From Chloroflexota bacterium (GTDB lineage Bacteria; Chloroflexota; Dehalococcoidia; UBA6926), in contig JAPOOK010000036.1 of assembly GCA_026713485.1 (NCBI GenBank), positions 579-64,578 on the forward strand: a DNA stretch of 64,000 nucleotides, written 5' to 3'. The notes below the pieces were generated by a model. That model saw only the letters and a list, made by a program, of their open reading frames with translations, made no database searches and was not told the origin of the DNA. Made by a program: the position numbers and the translations under genes. Numbering within the stretch: the stretch's first letter is position 1; the number at the start of each line of letters is the position of its first letter. Below, in pieces: positions 41,775 through 51,562 of the stretch.

Positions 41775-42257
41775 ATGCCTGGTGAGACTCCGGTTGGCCA
41801 TGACCGAGTGCAATACGATGTCTCAGCAGGGGGCGTGGTCGTCCGATGCACACCAGACGCACAGCTTGAGGTCGTCATTTGTCGCCGCGTTTCCACCGGC
41901 CTTTGGGCGCTGCCAAAGGGCACGCCGGAGCCCGGCGAGACACGGGAGCAGACTGCGCTGCGAGAGGTTTGTGAGGAGACCGGGTTGAGCGTCGCCATCA
42001 TCACAGAACTTGGCAGCGTCCGATACACCTTCACGGTGGACGGGGTGCTCCATGACAAACAGGTCTACCATTACCTAATGGAGCCAGTCGGCGGCAGTCT
42101 TGACGACCACGACGGCGAGTTTGACAGCGTTGAATGGCTGCCGCTTGAACCCGCCACTCTGGGCAGGATGACGTACGATACGGATGTGGAAACTCTTAAC
42201 AGGGCCATTCGCGCGATGGCCACGAGCCCGGACGGAATCGATGGCCCCAAGAACTAA
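41775..42257 (+). CDS. NUDIX hydrolase
   Basis: Nudix box GLWALPKGTPEPGETREQTALREVCEETGL. Confidence 0.8.
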   Translation: MPGETPVGHDRVQYDVSAGGVVVRCTPDAQLEVVICRRVSTGLWALPKGTPEPGETREQTALREVCEETGLSVAIITELGSVRYTFTVDGVLHDKQVYHYLMEPVGGSLDDHDGEFDSVEWLPLEPATLGRMTYDTDVETLNRAIRAMATSPDGIDGPKN

Positions 42258-42807
42258 GCCGCTCATCGTCACCGGAGAGCGAGTCGGCCTCAGAGACAAG
42301 GCCGAGATGGACGCGTGGAACGATTACCTGTGGCGCTCAGACGATGAGTTGGCTGAGCTGGACGCCACCTACCCACTCAAGATGACCTATGAGCAATACG
42401 CTCCCATTCACAAGGACGACCTCAACTACATATCCAAGCGCAGTCACCGCTTTGCCATAGTCGAATTGTCTGAGGGCAGGCATATCGGCAACTGCATGTA
42501 CTACGACCTTGACCGGCGCGCCAAGGAAGCTGAACTCGGCATCATGATCGGCGACCGCGCCTTCTGGAACGGTGGGTACGGTACGGATGCCGTCAGGCTC
42601 CTGACAGGCTGGATGTTCAGCCAGTTGGAGCTAAACCGCGTCTACCTAAAAACGCTGGACTGGAACGTCCGCGCCCAGCGAGCATTCGGGAAGGCCGGTT
42701 TCACGCAGACCGGCTTTCGTGAACAGGGCCGCTATCGCTTCATGCTCATGGACATCAAGCGAAACACCTGGGAACAGGCGCAACCGGACTCAGCCGAAAC
42801 GGCCTAA
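42241..42807 (+). CDS. GNAT family N-acetyltransferase
   Basis: Start trimmed to MAPRTKPLIVTGERV. ELGIMIGDRAFWNGGYGTDAVRLL acetyl-CoA motif. Overlaps the Nudix gene by 17 nt. Confidence 0.65.
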   Translation: MAPRTKPLIVTGERVGLRDKAEMDAWNDYLWRSDDELAELDATYPLKMTYEQYAPIHKDDLNYISKRSHRFAIVELSEGRHIGNCMYYDLDRRAKEAELGIMIGDRAFWNGGYGTDAVRLLTGWMFSQLELNRVYLKTLDWNVRAQRAFGKAGFTQTGFREQGRYRFMLMDIKRNTWEQAQPDSAETA

Positions 42808-43187
42808 TCCAGGACTGCCGTCGCTTCCACTTCTATCAGGTAGTCCGGGTGCGCGAGGCCGCTGATGAACAGCAGCGTGCTCGCGGGAGGATCATTAGGA
42901 ATGTGGCGCTGGCGCGCTGCCCGATAGCCTTCAATGTCCTCTCTCCGCGTTAGAAACGTGGTGACCTTGACCACATTCGTCCACGTCGCGCCGACGGATG
43001 CGAGAGCCACCTCCAGGTTGCTGAAGACCTGTTCCGCCTGCTCTTCAATGCTGCCGACACCGACAATCTCACCGGCGGCATTCTGAGATGTCTGGCCGGC
43101 AATGTGGATGAAATTTCCAACCTTCACTACCTGCGTATAGGCCGCCGGCTTGCTCAGCCCGTCCGGTTGTATTCGTTCGATCGCCAT
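42804..43187 (-). CDS. ridA: RidA/YjgF family reactive-intermediate deaminase
   Basis: 127 aa. The YTQVVKVGNFIHIAGQ and AAR-containing C-terminal region are typical of the RidA fold. Confidence 0.75.
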   Translation of the reverse strand: MAIERIQPDGLSKPAAYTQVVKVGNFIHIAGQTSQNAAGEIVGVGSIEEQAEQVFSNLEVALASVGATWTNVVKVTTFLTRREDIEGYRAARQRHIPNDPPASTLLFISGLAHPDYLIEVEATAVLD

Positions 43188-43219
43188 GATGTTGCCCCTC
43201 TCCCTCGTTTAATCCTGCG

Positions 43220-44350
43220 TCATCCTAAGGCAGCGGCGAGTGATTCCCCAAACTCACGTGCTTGCCATTCCCGCACAACGGATGCCCCTTCCCTCGTCTC
43301 ATCATTCAGAAGCGACGCATCGCGCGCCAGCCGTTCCAGGCTCTGCATCGGCCAGATCAGGGCCGGGTCCAGATCCAATTCCTCGCCTTGTTCATTCCGC
43401 CATGCCTTGAGGTCACGCAGTTGGTCGATCTGCTCACGGGTCGGTCTGCCTTCCAGACCGTTGGAATTTGAGTTGCCGTTTCGTGGTCGGGTGACCGGTT
43501 CGGCAGCAAGCCCGCGTTCCCGTGCTCGTTGCAGCCGCCTTCCATACCGTCGCAGTGAGCTCACCGGGATACCCTCAATCTCGTCCAGATCATCACGTCC
43601 CGCGGCTGCAATTGTAGTCAGGACCGCGTCGCTCATGATCTTGAACGGCGGCACATCGCGCCGCATGCCCTCGTTGTAACGAAAGACGTACAGCTCGCGG
43701 AGCACAGCCAATTCCTGCGGCCCCAATGCCCGGCTTCCTTTGGCATTCAGGAAAGCTATTTCAGGCGGGTCAGGGGCGCGATACCGAATGTTTTCCAGCC
43801 GTTGAAACTCCTCCTCAACCCATTCCATGCGTCCCAATTCTTCAAGCCGCCGCACCAGTTCATCACGCAGATCCTGAAGGTGTAGCACATCATCAACGGC
43901 ATACTGAAGCGCCTCATCGGGCAGTGGCCGTACGGTCCAGTCCGCACGCTGGAGACTCTTGGACTTCACGATTGAGACACCGAGTGCGTCCAGCAGGACA
44001 GAGTCCAGCCCCACACGCCGCATGCCGCAGAACTGCGCCGCGATGCTTGTATCAAAGATGTTGGCAACCCGGAACGACCACTCCTTGTCCAGAACGCGGA
44101 TGTCATTCGAGGCGGCGTGGATGACCTTCTCGACGTTGGGATTGGCCATCAATTCGCCCAGCGGCGCAACATCATCTTCCGTCATTTCCAGCGGATCAAC
44201 GACCCATGCCCTCTTTCCCGCAGCTATCTGCACCAGGCAAACCCGGTCAGGAAAGCGATGGAAGCTGTTTGATTCGGTATCAATAACGACGCAATGTTCG
44301 AGGGACAGACGCTCGACGAGCCCGGCAAGAGCGTCGGCGTCCGTGATCAT
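43220..44350 (-). CDS. rnd: ribonuclease D (DEDD 3'-5' exonuclease with HRDC domain)
   Basis: Exo motifs VIDTESNSFH, and YAVDDVLHL. Confidence 0.75.
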   Translation of the reverse strand: MITDADALAGLVERLSLEHCVVIDTESNSFHRFPDRVCLVQIAAGKRAWVVDPLEMTEDDVAPLGELMANPNVEKVIHAASNDIRVLDKEWSFRVANIFDTSIAAQFCGMRRVGLDSVLLDALGVSIVKSKSLQRADWTVRPLPDEALQYAVDDVLHLQDLRDELVRRLEELGRMEWVEEEFQRLENIRYRAPDPPEIAFLNAKGSRALGPQELAVLRELYVFRYNEGMRRDVPPFKIMSDAVLTTIAAAGRDDLDEIEGIPVSSLRRYGRRLQRARERGLAAEPVTRPRNGNSNSNGLEGRPTREQIDQLRDLKAWRNEQGEELDLDPALIWPMQSLERLARDASLLNDETREGASVVREWQAREFGESLAAALG

Positions 44351-44379
44351 CTCGACTCGCGCGGGTCGGTTGCTCCAGG

Positions 44380-46605
44380 TCAGTTCAGTTTCTCCAATCC
44401 GGCAAGTCCGGCCAGCAGTCGCTTGACGCCCTGCCCCTTGAACGCAACCGTTACCTCAAAATCGTCTCGCGTCGGCGTCTCAAGGCACGCCACCACAACA
44501 CCCTGTCCAAACCGCGCATGACCCACATGGTCGCCCGGCCTGAACGGCGCGGGGGCCTTGGGTACATCCAACTGCGGCTCCGGCATCGGCTCCCGTGGAC
44601 CAGAGAACCCGGAAAGGGACGGCACTCGCCGCTTAATCAATTCTTGTGGCAGATCTCTCAAGAATTGCGACGGTTTGCGCTGGCTATAGACGCCTCGTGT
44701 GTTGCGCCGCATCGCATGTGTCATATATAGGCGATCCATCGCCCGCGTCATGCCCACATAGCAGAGACGCCGCTCCTCCTCTAACTCCGCAGGATCCCCG
44801 GATTCCAGTGAGCGGAAATGCGGGAGCAGTTCCTCCTCCACGCCGACGATGAATGCGATCGGGAACTCCAATCCCTTGGCCTGGTGGAGAGTGATGAGTG
44901 TAACGGCGTCAAGCCGTTCCGAACCCTCCTCGCGGAGGGCGGCATCAAGGTCTGTGGACAGCGCCACCTGGTCCAGAAAAGCTGCGAAAGCCTCTCCGGA
45001 CTCTAGAGCCTGGTACTGGGCTGCAACGTTCCGCAACTCTTCAACGTTGTCGAGCCGGTCCTCTGCATTCTCGTCCGCCTCAAGGAACTCTCTGTAGCCG
45101 GTCTTGCTCAGAACCTGGTCGAAGAACTCGAGAACATCCTCACCCCGCAACGCCTCAAGAAGTTCCGTCATCATCTGGACGAAGGCACGGACGGGGTGCT
45201 GCGATTGCGCCGGAAGTAGCGGCACATTTGGACCTTCCCCCTCCGCCGCGACCTGCATGGCCGCGTAAAGCGGCACATTGTTGGCTTCCGCCCACTGCTG
45301 CAGCAGGTCCAGCGACCGCCGGCCGATCCCGCGAGTGGGCACATTCACGATGCGCAGCAAGCTGATGTCGTCAAAAGGATTCCGCAGAACCCGTAGGTAG
45401 GCGACAACGTCCCTGATCTCACGCCGTTCCCAGAAGCGCAGGCCACCAACGATGCGGTAACGGATTCCCGTTCGGTTGAACGCATCCTCAAATGCGCGAG
45501 ATTGAGCGTTTGTGCGATACATGATCGCGCAATCGCCGTATCGTGTTTTCTCCTCCGCAACGAGTCGTTCGATCTCCTCTGCGACGTACAGTGCCTCGTA
45601 TTCCTCGTCGTCAGCCGACTCAATCGTGACCGGCCTGCCGCTCCCTTTCTCCGCCGTCAACTCGATCTCTTTGCGATCCTTGTTTGCCTTCACAAGCGCG
45701 TGAGCGGCATCGACGATCGTGGAAGTTGAGCGGTAATTCCGGCCGAGCGGAATTGTTTGTGTTTCCGGGAAATCGCGTTCGAAACGCAGGATGTTCTCGA
45801 TGTCCGCATGCCTCCACGCATAGATGGACTGATCCGGATCACCGACCACACACAGACTGTGATGCTTGCCGGCAACCAGACTCGTCAGTTCATACTGCGC
45901 GCGATTCGTGTCCTGCCATTCGTCAACCATCACATGGTCATAACGATTCTGGAGTTTATCCCGTACTTCGGGATTCGAGCGCAGCAGAAGGACCGGCTTC
46001 ATAAGCAGATCGTCGAAGTCAACCGCATGCGCGGCTTTCAACAGCTGCTCATAGCGGTCATAGCAGGAGGCGACGATCCTCTCGTATCGGTTTCCAGCCT
46101 GTGACTGGTAGTCGCTGACGGTAAGCATCATGTTCTTCGCGCCGCTTACGGCATTGAGAACGGCCGGGGCTCGGTACGTATGCGGGTCGAGACCCTCGGC
46201 TTCAATGGCGCGCTTCATAACGCTGGTCTGGTCATCCTGGTCGTAAATGACAAAGTCCGACGGGACGTGAATATCCTCGCCGAATTCGCGCAGTATGCGC
46301 GCGCCGAACGCGTGAAATGTGCCCATCGTCAACCGATTAGCGCGGTCTCCAATGAGCGACTCAACGCGGGAGCGCATCTCACGCGCCGCCCTGTTTGTGA
46401 ACGTGACTGCAAGGATGCGCCGCGGATTCACACCGAGAGTACGAACAAGGTAGGCGATGCGATGGGTGATAACCCGGGTTTTGCCTGAGCCGGGCCCGGC
46501 GATAATCAGAACGGGGCCGTCGACAGCCTCAACGGCCTCACGTTGTTCTTTGTTTAGGTTTTCGAGAATATCGCGCGCTGCTGCGGTAGTCATAGAAGAA
46601 ACCAA
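44380..46605 (-). CDS. pcrA: ATP-dependent DNA helicase PcrA/UvrD
   Basis: Walker A AGPGSGKT, DEWQDTN, helicase motifs. C-terminal Tudor-like tail. Confidence 0.9.
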   Translation of the reverse strand: MVSSMTTAAARDILENLNKEQREAVEAVDGPVLIIAGPGSGKTRVITHRIAYLVRTLGVNPRRILAVTFTNRAAREMRSRVESLIGDRANRLTMGTFHAFGARILREFGEDIHVPSDFVIYDQDDQTSVMKRAIEAEGLDPHTYRAPAVLNAVSGAKNMMLTVSDYQSQAGNRYERIVASCYDRYEQLLKAAHAVDFDDLLMKPVLLLRSNPEVRDKLQNRYDHVMVDEWQDTNRAQYELTSLVAGKHHSLCVVGDPDQSIYAWRHADIENILRFERDFPETQTIPLGRNYRSTSTIVDAAHALVKANKDRKEIELTAEKGSGRPVTIESADDEEYEALYVAEEIERLVAEEKTRYGDCAIMYRTNAQSRAFEDAFNRTGIRYRIVGGLRFWERREIRDVVAYLRVLRNPFDDISLLRIVNVPTRGIGRRSLDLLQQWAEANNVPLYAAMQVAAEGEGPNVPLLPAQSQHPVRAFVQMMTELLEALRGEDVLEFFDQVLSKTGYREFLEADENAEDRLDNVEELRNVAAQYQALESGEAFAAFLDQVALSTDLDAALREEGSERLDAVTLITLHQAKGLEFPIAFIVGVEEELLPHFRSLESGDPAELEEERRLCYVGMTRAMDRLYMTHAMRRNTRGVYSQRKPSQFLRDLPQELIKRRVPSLSGFSGPREPMPEPQLDVPKAPAPFRPGDHVGHARFGQGVVVACLETPTRDDFEVTVAFKGQGVKRLLAGLAGLEKLN

Positions 46606-46710
46606 TCTCCACTAAGCATACCAGCGGCGCGCGCCTATAGGCGGGTTCAAAACGACCCGAGGGCGGCTCAAGAGCCGCCCCCGGTTTCTTCTCAATTGCC
46701 GCAGGTTGGA

Positions 46711-48372
46711 CTACGACTGCTTGGCCAACTCCAGAGCGCGTTCCATCATTTCCGGCGGCGGAGCGAACATCGCGAACGGGTTTGGCATGACTCCCAACGG
46801 CACTTCAATCAGTGCCGGGGCCTCGGCCTTGAGGGCCTCCTCCACCTGCGTCGTCAACTGCTCCGGTGTCTCTGCACGTCTGCCTTGCGCGCCAAAGGCC
46901 TCGGCGTACTTCACAAAGTCCGGATTATGCAGATCGGACGCGATGAGTCGATGATTGAACTGCGTATCCTGGATGCGCCGCACGTTGCCAAAAGCGCCGT
47001 CGTTGAACACAACCGTGACCAGGTTGATGCCGTAACGGACGGCAGTGGACAGTTCCTGCGCGCCGTACATGAAGCCGCCGTCGCCGGAGATTGCCACAAC
47101 CGGCCTGTCAGGATTCCCAACCTTCACGCCGAGGGCAGTGTTGAAGCCGTACCCGAGCGTCCCCTGGTAGCCTGCGCCGATGTAGCTTCGCGGGGAATAC
47201 ACCGGGAAGCCCTGGTTGGAGAAGTAACCGACCTGCGTGACTTCCGTGACGAAGATTCCATCCTCCGGCAGCGCCTTGCGAATCGCGCCGGCATACTCGG
47301 AGACCGGCGACATCGCGGCCAGCTTTTCCTGCACCGTGGCGCGCGCGGCAGCCATCTCGTCGTCGCGGGATTCACGCGTCTTGTTGTGTCGGGGCACCCG
47401 GCGAACAAGGTCGGCGAGCGAACCCCTGGCGTCTGCGACGATGCCGATGTCAGGTTTGGAGTTTCGGTTTAGCTCCGTGTCGTCGATATCAATATGTATA
47501 ACCGTCTGATCTTCATCCGTTGGATACGGGTTGGGGCCGGGCATGACGAAACGCGTCCCGACGGCCAGCACGACATCAGCATTGGGCAGGAGGTCATAGG
47601 CAGCGATGGACGGCAGGGCGAGCGGGTGCCGGTCCGACAGTGCACCGCGTCCATTCTGTGAAACGATCACAGGCGCACCCAGCATCTCCGCCAGTTCCTG
47701 CAATTCCGCCGTCGCCTCGCTGATGATGATGCCGCCACCGACGAAGATGAGGGGGCGTTCAGAATTGCCCAGCGCGTGGGCCGCTTTCTCAAGCTGGTCC
47801 GGATCACCCTGTATGGTTTTCGGCATCCCGGGCTCATAGAACTCAACGTCCGCAGGTGTCATGAGGACATCCATCGGCACCTCGATTTCGACCGGGCGAG
47901 GGCGGCCGGAATTCAACTGGTAGAAGGCTTCCCTGACGAGCCCGGGCACGTCGGAGGTATTCATCGCGCGGCCCGCCCACTTGGTGACGGCGCCGATTGC
48001 CTCCAGTTGGTTCTTGATCTCATGCAACGCGCCGCGTTCCTTGCCAATGTGGTGTGTGGGAACCTGCCCGGAGATGCAGAGGACACGGGAATTGGTGGCA
48101 TACGCTGTTGAGAGGCCGGCGCCCGCATTTAGCAGTCCGGGGCCGGGCACCACCAGGCATACTCCAACCTTGCCGGTGGAGCGGGCATAGCCGTCCGCCA
48201 TATAAGACGTGCCTTGCTCATGGCGCGTGTGGACCACGCGTATCGAGTCCTGTTCCTCATAGAGAGCGTCAAAAGCCCAGTCAAGCTGCACGCCGGGCAG
48301 TCCGAAGACCACCTCCACACCCTCGCGCTTAAGCGCCTGCACAAGTGCCTGTCCTCCGGTTAGAGTCGGCAT
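46711..48372 (-). CDS. thiamine-diphosphate-dependent enzyme (acetolactate synthase large-subunit-like)
   Basis: N-terminal GGQALVQALKREGVEVVFGLPG Pyr domain. ThDP motif GDGGFMY...NDGAFGNV. Confidence 0.75.
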   Translation of the reverse strand: MPTLTGGQALVQALKREGVEVVFGLPGVQLDWAFDALYEEQDSIRVVHTRHEQGTSYMADGYARSTGKVGVCLVVPGPGLLNAGAGLSTAYATNSRVLCISGQVPTHHIGKERGALHEIKNQLEAIGAVTKWAGRAMNTSDVPGLVREAFYQLNSGRPRPVEIEVPMDVLMTPADVEFYEPGMPKTIQGDPDQLEKAAHALGNSERPLIFVGGGIIISEATAELQELAEMLGAPVIVSQNGRGALSDRHPLALPSIAAYDLLPNADVVLAVGTRFVMPGPNPYPTDEDQTVIHIDIDDTELNRNSKPDIGIVADARGSLADLVRRVPRHNKTRESRDDEMAAARATVQEKLAAMSPVSEYAGAIRKALPEDGIFVTEVTQVGYFSNQGFPVYSPRSYIGAGYQGTLGYGFNTALGVKVGNPDRPVVAISGDGGFMYGAQELSTAVRYGINLVTVVFNDGAFGNVRRIQDTQFNHRLIASDLHNPDFVKYAEAFGAQGRRAETPEQLTTQVEEALKAEAPALIEVPLGVMPNPFAMFAPPPEMMERALELAKQS

Positions 48373-48498
48373 GATCCACCTACCTCCCGTGCGCCTGTCG
48401 GCGGCTTTCTTCCCTTAATGAAGGAATACGCGCCCTGCCAGGGCATGACGTAATCGTGAGTGCATTATGACGCACTTGGTGTGATGCCGTGCATCCAT

Positions 48499-49530
48499 TT
48501 AGGGAACGAGGAGCGGGTGTTCCTCAGTGACGATCCACGTCTCCGCCGCCAGTGCATCTCGCAGCGGCTTTGGCAGCGAGAAGATGTGGCGATGCGTGAT
48601 TCCGTCATAGTAGCCGAGGCTCACAGTGATGCGATCTGAGATGAGCGTGTCTATCCGCTCGGGTGCCAGCACAGCAGGGTCCTCGTCACTCTTTGACGCC
48701 AGGACAAAGCTCCACGCGCCGCCAAAGTCCATGATTACCGGGCTGTACCCCGTGACAACCGTGAAGACGGAGCCCAACGTGTGATAGAGGGCCGTGAATC
48801 CGCGAACAAGGTCGGTGAGGGCTTCCGGCTCATGGCTGTTGGCGTCCGTGGCCGGGCCTACCGTCATGCCTGCGATGGCCGGGCCGGACTGCACAACGAG
48901 CGCCCCGTTGTCGGTTAGTCGATCACTCGCCATGCGATAGAACTCCTGCGTATAGAGGCGATAGGCCGGTCCTGCCTCCATCGGGTCCACGAGGTCGAGA
49001 ATCATCACGTCGAACGGCTCGTCGGCACCTTCTAGGTAGGCAAGCGCGTCTTCATGTCGGAGCTCGACTCGTGGATCGTCAAACGCGCCCTGGTGCCACG
49101 TGGGCAGATGCTCCTTGCAGAGGTTCACAACCTCTTCATCGAGGTCGACCATCACGACGTTTTCAACCGAGCGGTGCCGCAGCACTTCCCTTAACGTCGC
49201 CCCCTCGCCGCCGCCGCCAATAAACACACGGCGAGGCGCGGGATGATGGAGCATCACGGGATGAACAAGGGCCTCGTGGTAGACGTACTCATCCGACTGG
49301 CTGGACTGCGTCTTGCCATCGAGGCGCAGGACGCGGCCAAAGATCTCAGTATCAAGAATCTCGACCTGTTGGAATCTGGTGCGGCCTTCGTAGACAACGC
49401 GGCGAATGCGCGTCAACTGATGGAGGTCAGGAGTGACGGCTTCTGTCGCCCACTCGGATGTGGAATACGGGTATTCGGCGGCGTCACCGCCGGCCGGCTG
49501 ATTAGGCGCCCGGGACACCGGCGAAATCAA
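48499..49530 (-). CDS. speE: polyamine aminopropyltransferase (spermidine synthase)
   Basis: VFIGGGGEGATLREVLRH and DLVDP motifs. Located downstream of speH. Confidence 0.8.
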   Translation of the reverse strand: MISPVSRAPNQPAGGDAAEYPYSTSEWATEAVTPDLHQLTRIRRVVYEGRTRFQQVEILDTEIFGRVLRLDGKTQSSQSDEYVYHEALVHPVMLHHPAPRRVFIGGGGEGATLREVLRHRSVENVVMVDLDEEVVNLCKEHLPTWHQGAFDDPRVELRHEDALAYLEGADEPFDVMILDLVDPMEAGPAYRLYTQEFYRMASDRLTDNGALVVQSGPAIAGMTVGPATDANSHEPEALTDLVRGFTALYHTLGSVFTVVTGYSPVIMDFGGAWSFVLASKSDEDPAVLAPERIDTLISDRITVSLGYYDGITHRHIFSLPKPLRDALAAETWIVTEEHPLLVP

Positions 49531-49951
49531 ACTCCGAGCGCGTCACGGCACTCGTGGATGAATCAATCTGTCCGCGCTGGAGCGTGACAACCGACCGATC
49601 CTGCGAGCGGAAAGCGTCGGCTATGTGGCTGGTAGCTTCTTCGAGGCGCGACGTATCGCCGCAGGTAAAGATGTCGACAGCAGCGTAGCCGTGCTCCGGC
49701 CACGTATGGATACAGATGTGAGATTCGGCAATGATAACGACGCCAGTAACACCCTGGGGGCTGAACTGGTGAAATGCATGTCCGATAATCGTTGCGCCAA
49801 TACGTCTCGCCGCGTCTATGAGCGTGGATTCTACGTTTCGCAGATCATCAAGCGCATTGGCATCACAATCGCGGAGTTCCACCAGCACATGTGTCCCTAG
49901 AGCATTCAATCTCACCTTCCCCCACATCAAGATTTTTGGCGCAAGCGCCAT
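49502..49951 (-). CDS. speH: S-adenosylmethionine decarboxylase proenzyme (pyruvoyl-dependent, SpeH type)
   Basis: HVLVELRDCD and the ESHICIHTWPE processing-site motif. The start is uncertain (the ORF extends to 50068). Overlaps the speE start. Confidence 0.7.
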   Translation of the reverse strand: MALAPKILMWGKVRLNALGTHVLVELRDCDANALDDLRNVESTLIDAARRIGATIIGHAFHQFSPQGVTGVVIIAESHICIHTWPEHGYAAVDIFTCGDTSRLEEATSHIADAFRSQDRSVVTLQRGQIDSSTSAVTRSEFDFAGVPGA

Positions 49952-50223
49952 TATACGGGCGGCGTTTGACGCTAAGCAATAGGACAAGATGGGCGCATCC
50001 TGAGCCAAGTACCTCTCCAATAAGACTGCGGCGAGGCGGTTGTCCGCCTCGCCGCATATCTTTGGCACTTGCCCCTACCCTCGGGAAGCGCCGTTCTCCC
50101 ATCCATCCTTTTTGCGCGGGGAGATGGTGTTGGGAGAAGGAGGAGTAAAGCCACTTTACCGAACGTGCGTTCGCTTGTCAACCCCTTTTGGATGATTTGT
50201 TCGAAATCTCTCAAGGCATGGCC

Positions 50224-50253
50224 TTGATTGGCAGACGGAAACGGGCGCATAGT
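50224..50253 (+). promoter_or_regulatory. promoter-like element TTGATT-N18-CATAGT, part of a duplicated ~39-nt motif upstream of fadE1
   Basis: The sequence cTTGaTTGGcAGACggAAaCGGGCGCATAGTgGCGGCG is repeated with about 30/39 identity at 51510..51547. Confidence 0.4.
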
Positions 50254-50311
50254 GGCGGCGCGGATAGCTTTTGCCGCTTTGCGGACAAGCGGGGAGAAGG
50301 GAACGGACGCC

Positions 50312-51502
50312 ATGGATTTCAGTTACTCGGAGCAGGACGAAGCACTGAAGCGAGAGGTGCGGGACTTTGTGGAGGCCAATTGGCATTCCCCGTACGAATC
50401 CCACATCAATTCCGTTTATTCCTACGATGTCGACACGCCGGAGGATGAGGTCCTGTTCCAGGAATTCACGCGAAAACTGGCGGACAAGGGTTGGTACACC
50501 ATGCACTGGCCCACGGAGTACGGCGGACAGGCCGTTCCCTTCACCACGCAGATCGCCTATCGCGAGGAGATGGCCTACCGTGGAGCGCCCATTGCCCAAC
50601 CCGGCTTTGAAGCGCCAATGCTTATGTTCCACGGCCAGCCCTGGCAGAGGGATTTCTTCCTGCCAAAGATCGCGAGCGGCGAACTCATCTCGTGGTCACA
50701 GGGTTTCAGCGAGCCGAACGCTGGCGCAGACCTTGCCAATCTCCAGACCCGGGCTGTCAGAGACGGTGATGATTGGGTCGTCACGGGGCAGAAAATCTGG
50801 AATAGCCAGGGACATCATCCGTGGGTCGACTGGGGTCACTACCTCGTGCGGACGGACCCGGACGCGCCTAAACACCGCGGCATTTCCTATCTCATCATCG
50901 ACATGAACACGCCCGGAGTGGTCAAGCGGCCGCTGGTCGACGCCCTGGGACGCCGCCGCTGGAGCGAAATCTTTTTGGACAACGTCCGCGTTCCCTCCCG
51001 CAACGTCATCGGTGAGGAAAACCGCGGTTGGTACGCCGCCATGACAACACTCTCCTTTGAACGATCGCAGATCGAAGCGCCCGCGCGCCGCCTGCGCGAT
51101 CTTGAGCGATTCATCGACTTCGCCCGTGAGGCTCACATCAACGGCGGGAGGCTCATCGACGCCAAGCAAACGCGGCACATACTGGCGGATGCCCGCATCC
51201 TCATTGAGACGGGCCGGATGCTCGCACTGCAGGTGGCGTCCATCCAGAGCAAGGGTGAGGTGCCGCAGATGGAAGCGGCCTTCTCCAAGTTGTTCCACGA
51301 TGAGATGACGGCGCGCGTATATGAGCTGCTGGCACGAATACTGGGACAGGACGCGGCCATGACGGTCGGCGAGCCGCGCGCGCCGTTGGCCGGATACCCG
51401 GCAGTGAACTCCTACCTCAGCTGGATGAACCGATTCGCCGGCGGCGGGCGGGAGATTCAGCTGAACATCATCGCCCAGCGGGGTCTTGGGCTGCCGCGGT
51501 AA
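50312..51502 (+). CDS. acyl-CoA dehydrogenase (FadE/ChsE-like subunit 1)
   Basis: MDFSYSEQDEALKREVRDFV N-terminus. ACAD middle and C-terminal domains (GFSEPNAGADLANLQTRA). RBS GGGGAGAAGG. Confidence 0.8.
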   Translation: MDFSYSEQDEALKREVRDFVEANWHSPYESHINSVYSYDVDTPEDEVLFQEFTRKLADKGWYTMHWPTEYGGQAVPFTTQIAYREEMAYRGAPIAQPGFEAPMLMFHGQPWQRDFFLPKIASGELISWSQGFSEPNAGADLANLQTRAVRDGDDWVVTGQKIWNSQGHHPWVDWGHYLVRTDPDAPKHRGISYLIIDMNTPGVVKRPLVDALGRRRWSEIFLDNVRVPSRNVIGEENRGWYAAMTTLSFERSQIEAPARRLRDLERFIDFAREAHINGGRLIDAKQTRHILADARILIETGRMLALQVASIQSKGEVPQMEAAFSKLFHDEMTARVYELLARILGQDAAMTVGEPRAPLAGYPAVNSYLSWMNRFAGGGREIQLNIIAQRGLGLPR

Positions 51503-51510
51503 GAACCGTC

Positions 51511-51540
51511 TTGCTTGGAGGACAATAAGGGGCGCATAGT
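51511..51540 (+). promoter_or_regulatory. second copy of the promoter-like element TTGCTT-N18-CATAGT, between fadE1 and the CoA-transferase gene
   Basis: See 50224..50253. Lies immediately after the fadE1 stop codon. Confidence 0.4.
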
Positions 51541-51562
51541 AGCGGCGATTGGGGGGCGAGTT

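Noticed and set aside
46696-47472. 258-aa ORF antisense to the ThDP-dependent enzyme gene
   Set aside because: Antisense shadow ORF in GC-rich DNA. No motifs, and the partner strand encodes a complete ThDP enzyme.
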